DNA of 64,000 nucleotides from Octopus sinensis (lineage: Eukaryota), in contig NC_043006.1 in the NCBI RefSeq assembly GCF_006345805.1, positions 19,158,001-19,222,000 of the forward strand. Reading direction: 5' to 3'. The first letter of the stretch is position 1, and the number at the start of each line of letters is the position of its first letter. The notes beneath the pieces were generated by a model that saw only the letters and a list, made by a program, of their open reading frames with translations, searched no databases and was not told the DNA's origin. The translations under genes and the position numbers were made by a program. Positions 63,771 through 64,000 of the stretch are shown one piece after another.

Positions 63771-64000
63771 TGTGGTAAGTAGCTTGCTTACAACCACTTG
63801 GTTCCGGGTTCAGTCCCACTGCGTGGCATCTTGGGCAAGTGTTTTCTGCTATAGCCCCGGGCCGACCAATGCCTTGTGAGTGGAATTTGGTAGACGGAAA
63901 CTGAAAGAAGCCTGTCGTATTATGTAATATATATTATATATATGTGTGTGTGTGGTGTGTTTTTGTGTCTGTGTTTGTCCCCCCTAGCATTGCTTCACAA
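63771..64000 (+). mobile_element. SINE family A, runs off the window
   Basis: Head and body match 47009-47444. Confidence 0.88.

Overview
Eukaryotic, AT-rich, repeat-dominated animal DNA. The SINE families, LINE/Penelope relics and very long (TA)/(TGTA) arrays look like octopus (cephalopod) DNA; this is an inference. The only well-supported host gene is one coding exon (19653-20062, +) of a rhodopsin-like peptide GPCR, covering the N-terminus to the ER of the E/DRY motif; I could not find its next exon in the window. The rest is three tRNA-derived SINE families, CR1-, RTE-, R4- and HERO-type LINE relics, a Naiad-type Penelope element, Tc1/mariner elements (one with DD36E spacing), MITEs, three non-autonomous Helitrons and about 15 kb of degenerate microsatellite. 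Most ORFs in the track are microsatellite translations. The most notable signals are: hammerhead-ribozyme motifs in Penelope-type terminal repeats (one with complete type I topology); a covarying CATGGCC-hairpin-AAAC 3' motif shared by several LINEs and a SINE; a fully resolvable nest (LINE < MULE < Helitron + SINE); a 300-bp foldback; modular and dimeric SINEs; and exon-like signals at 59.4-61.0 kb. No database searches were run, and family names come from recalled motifs.
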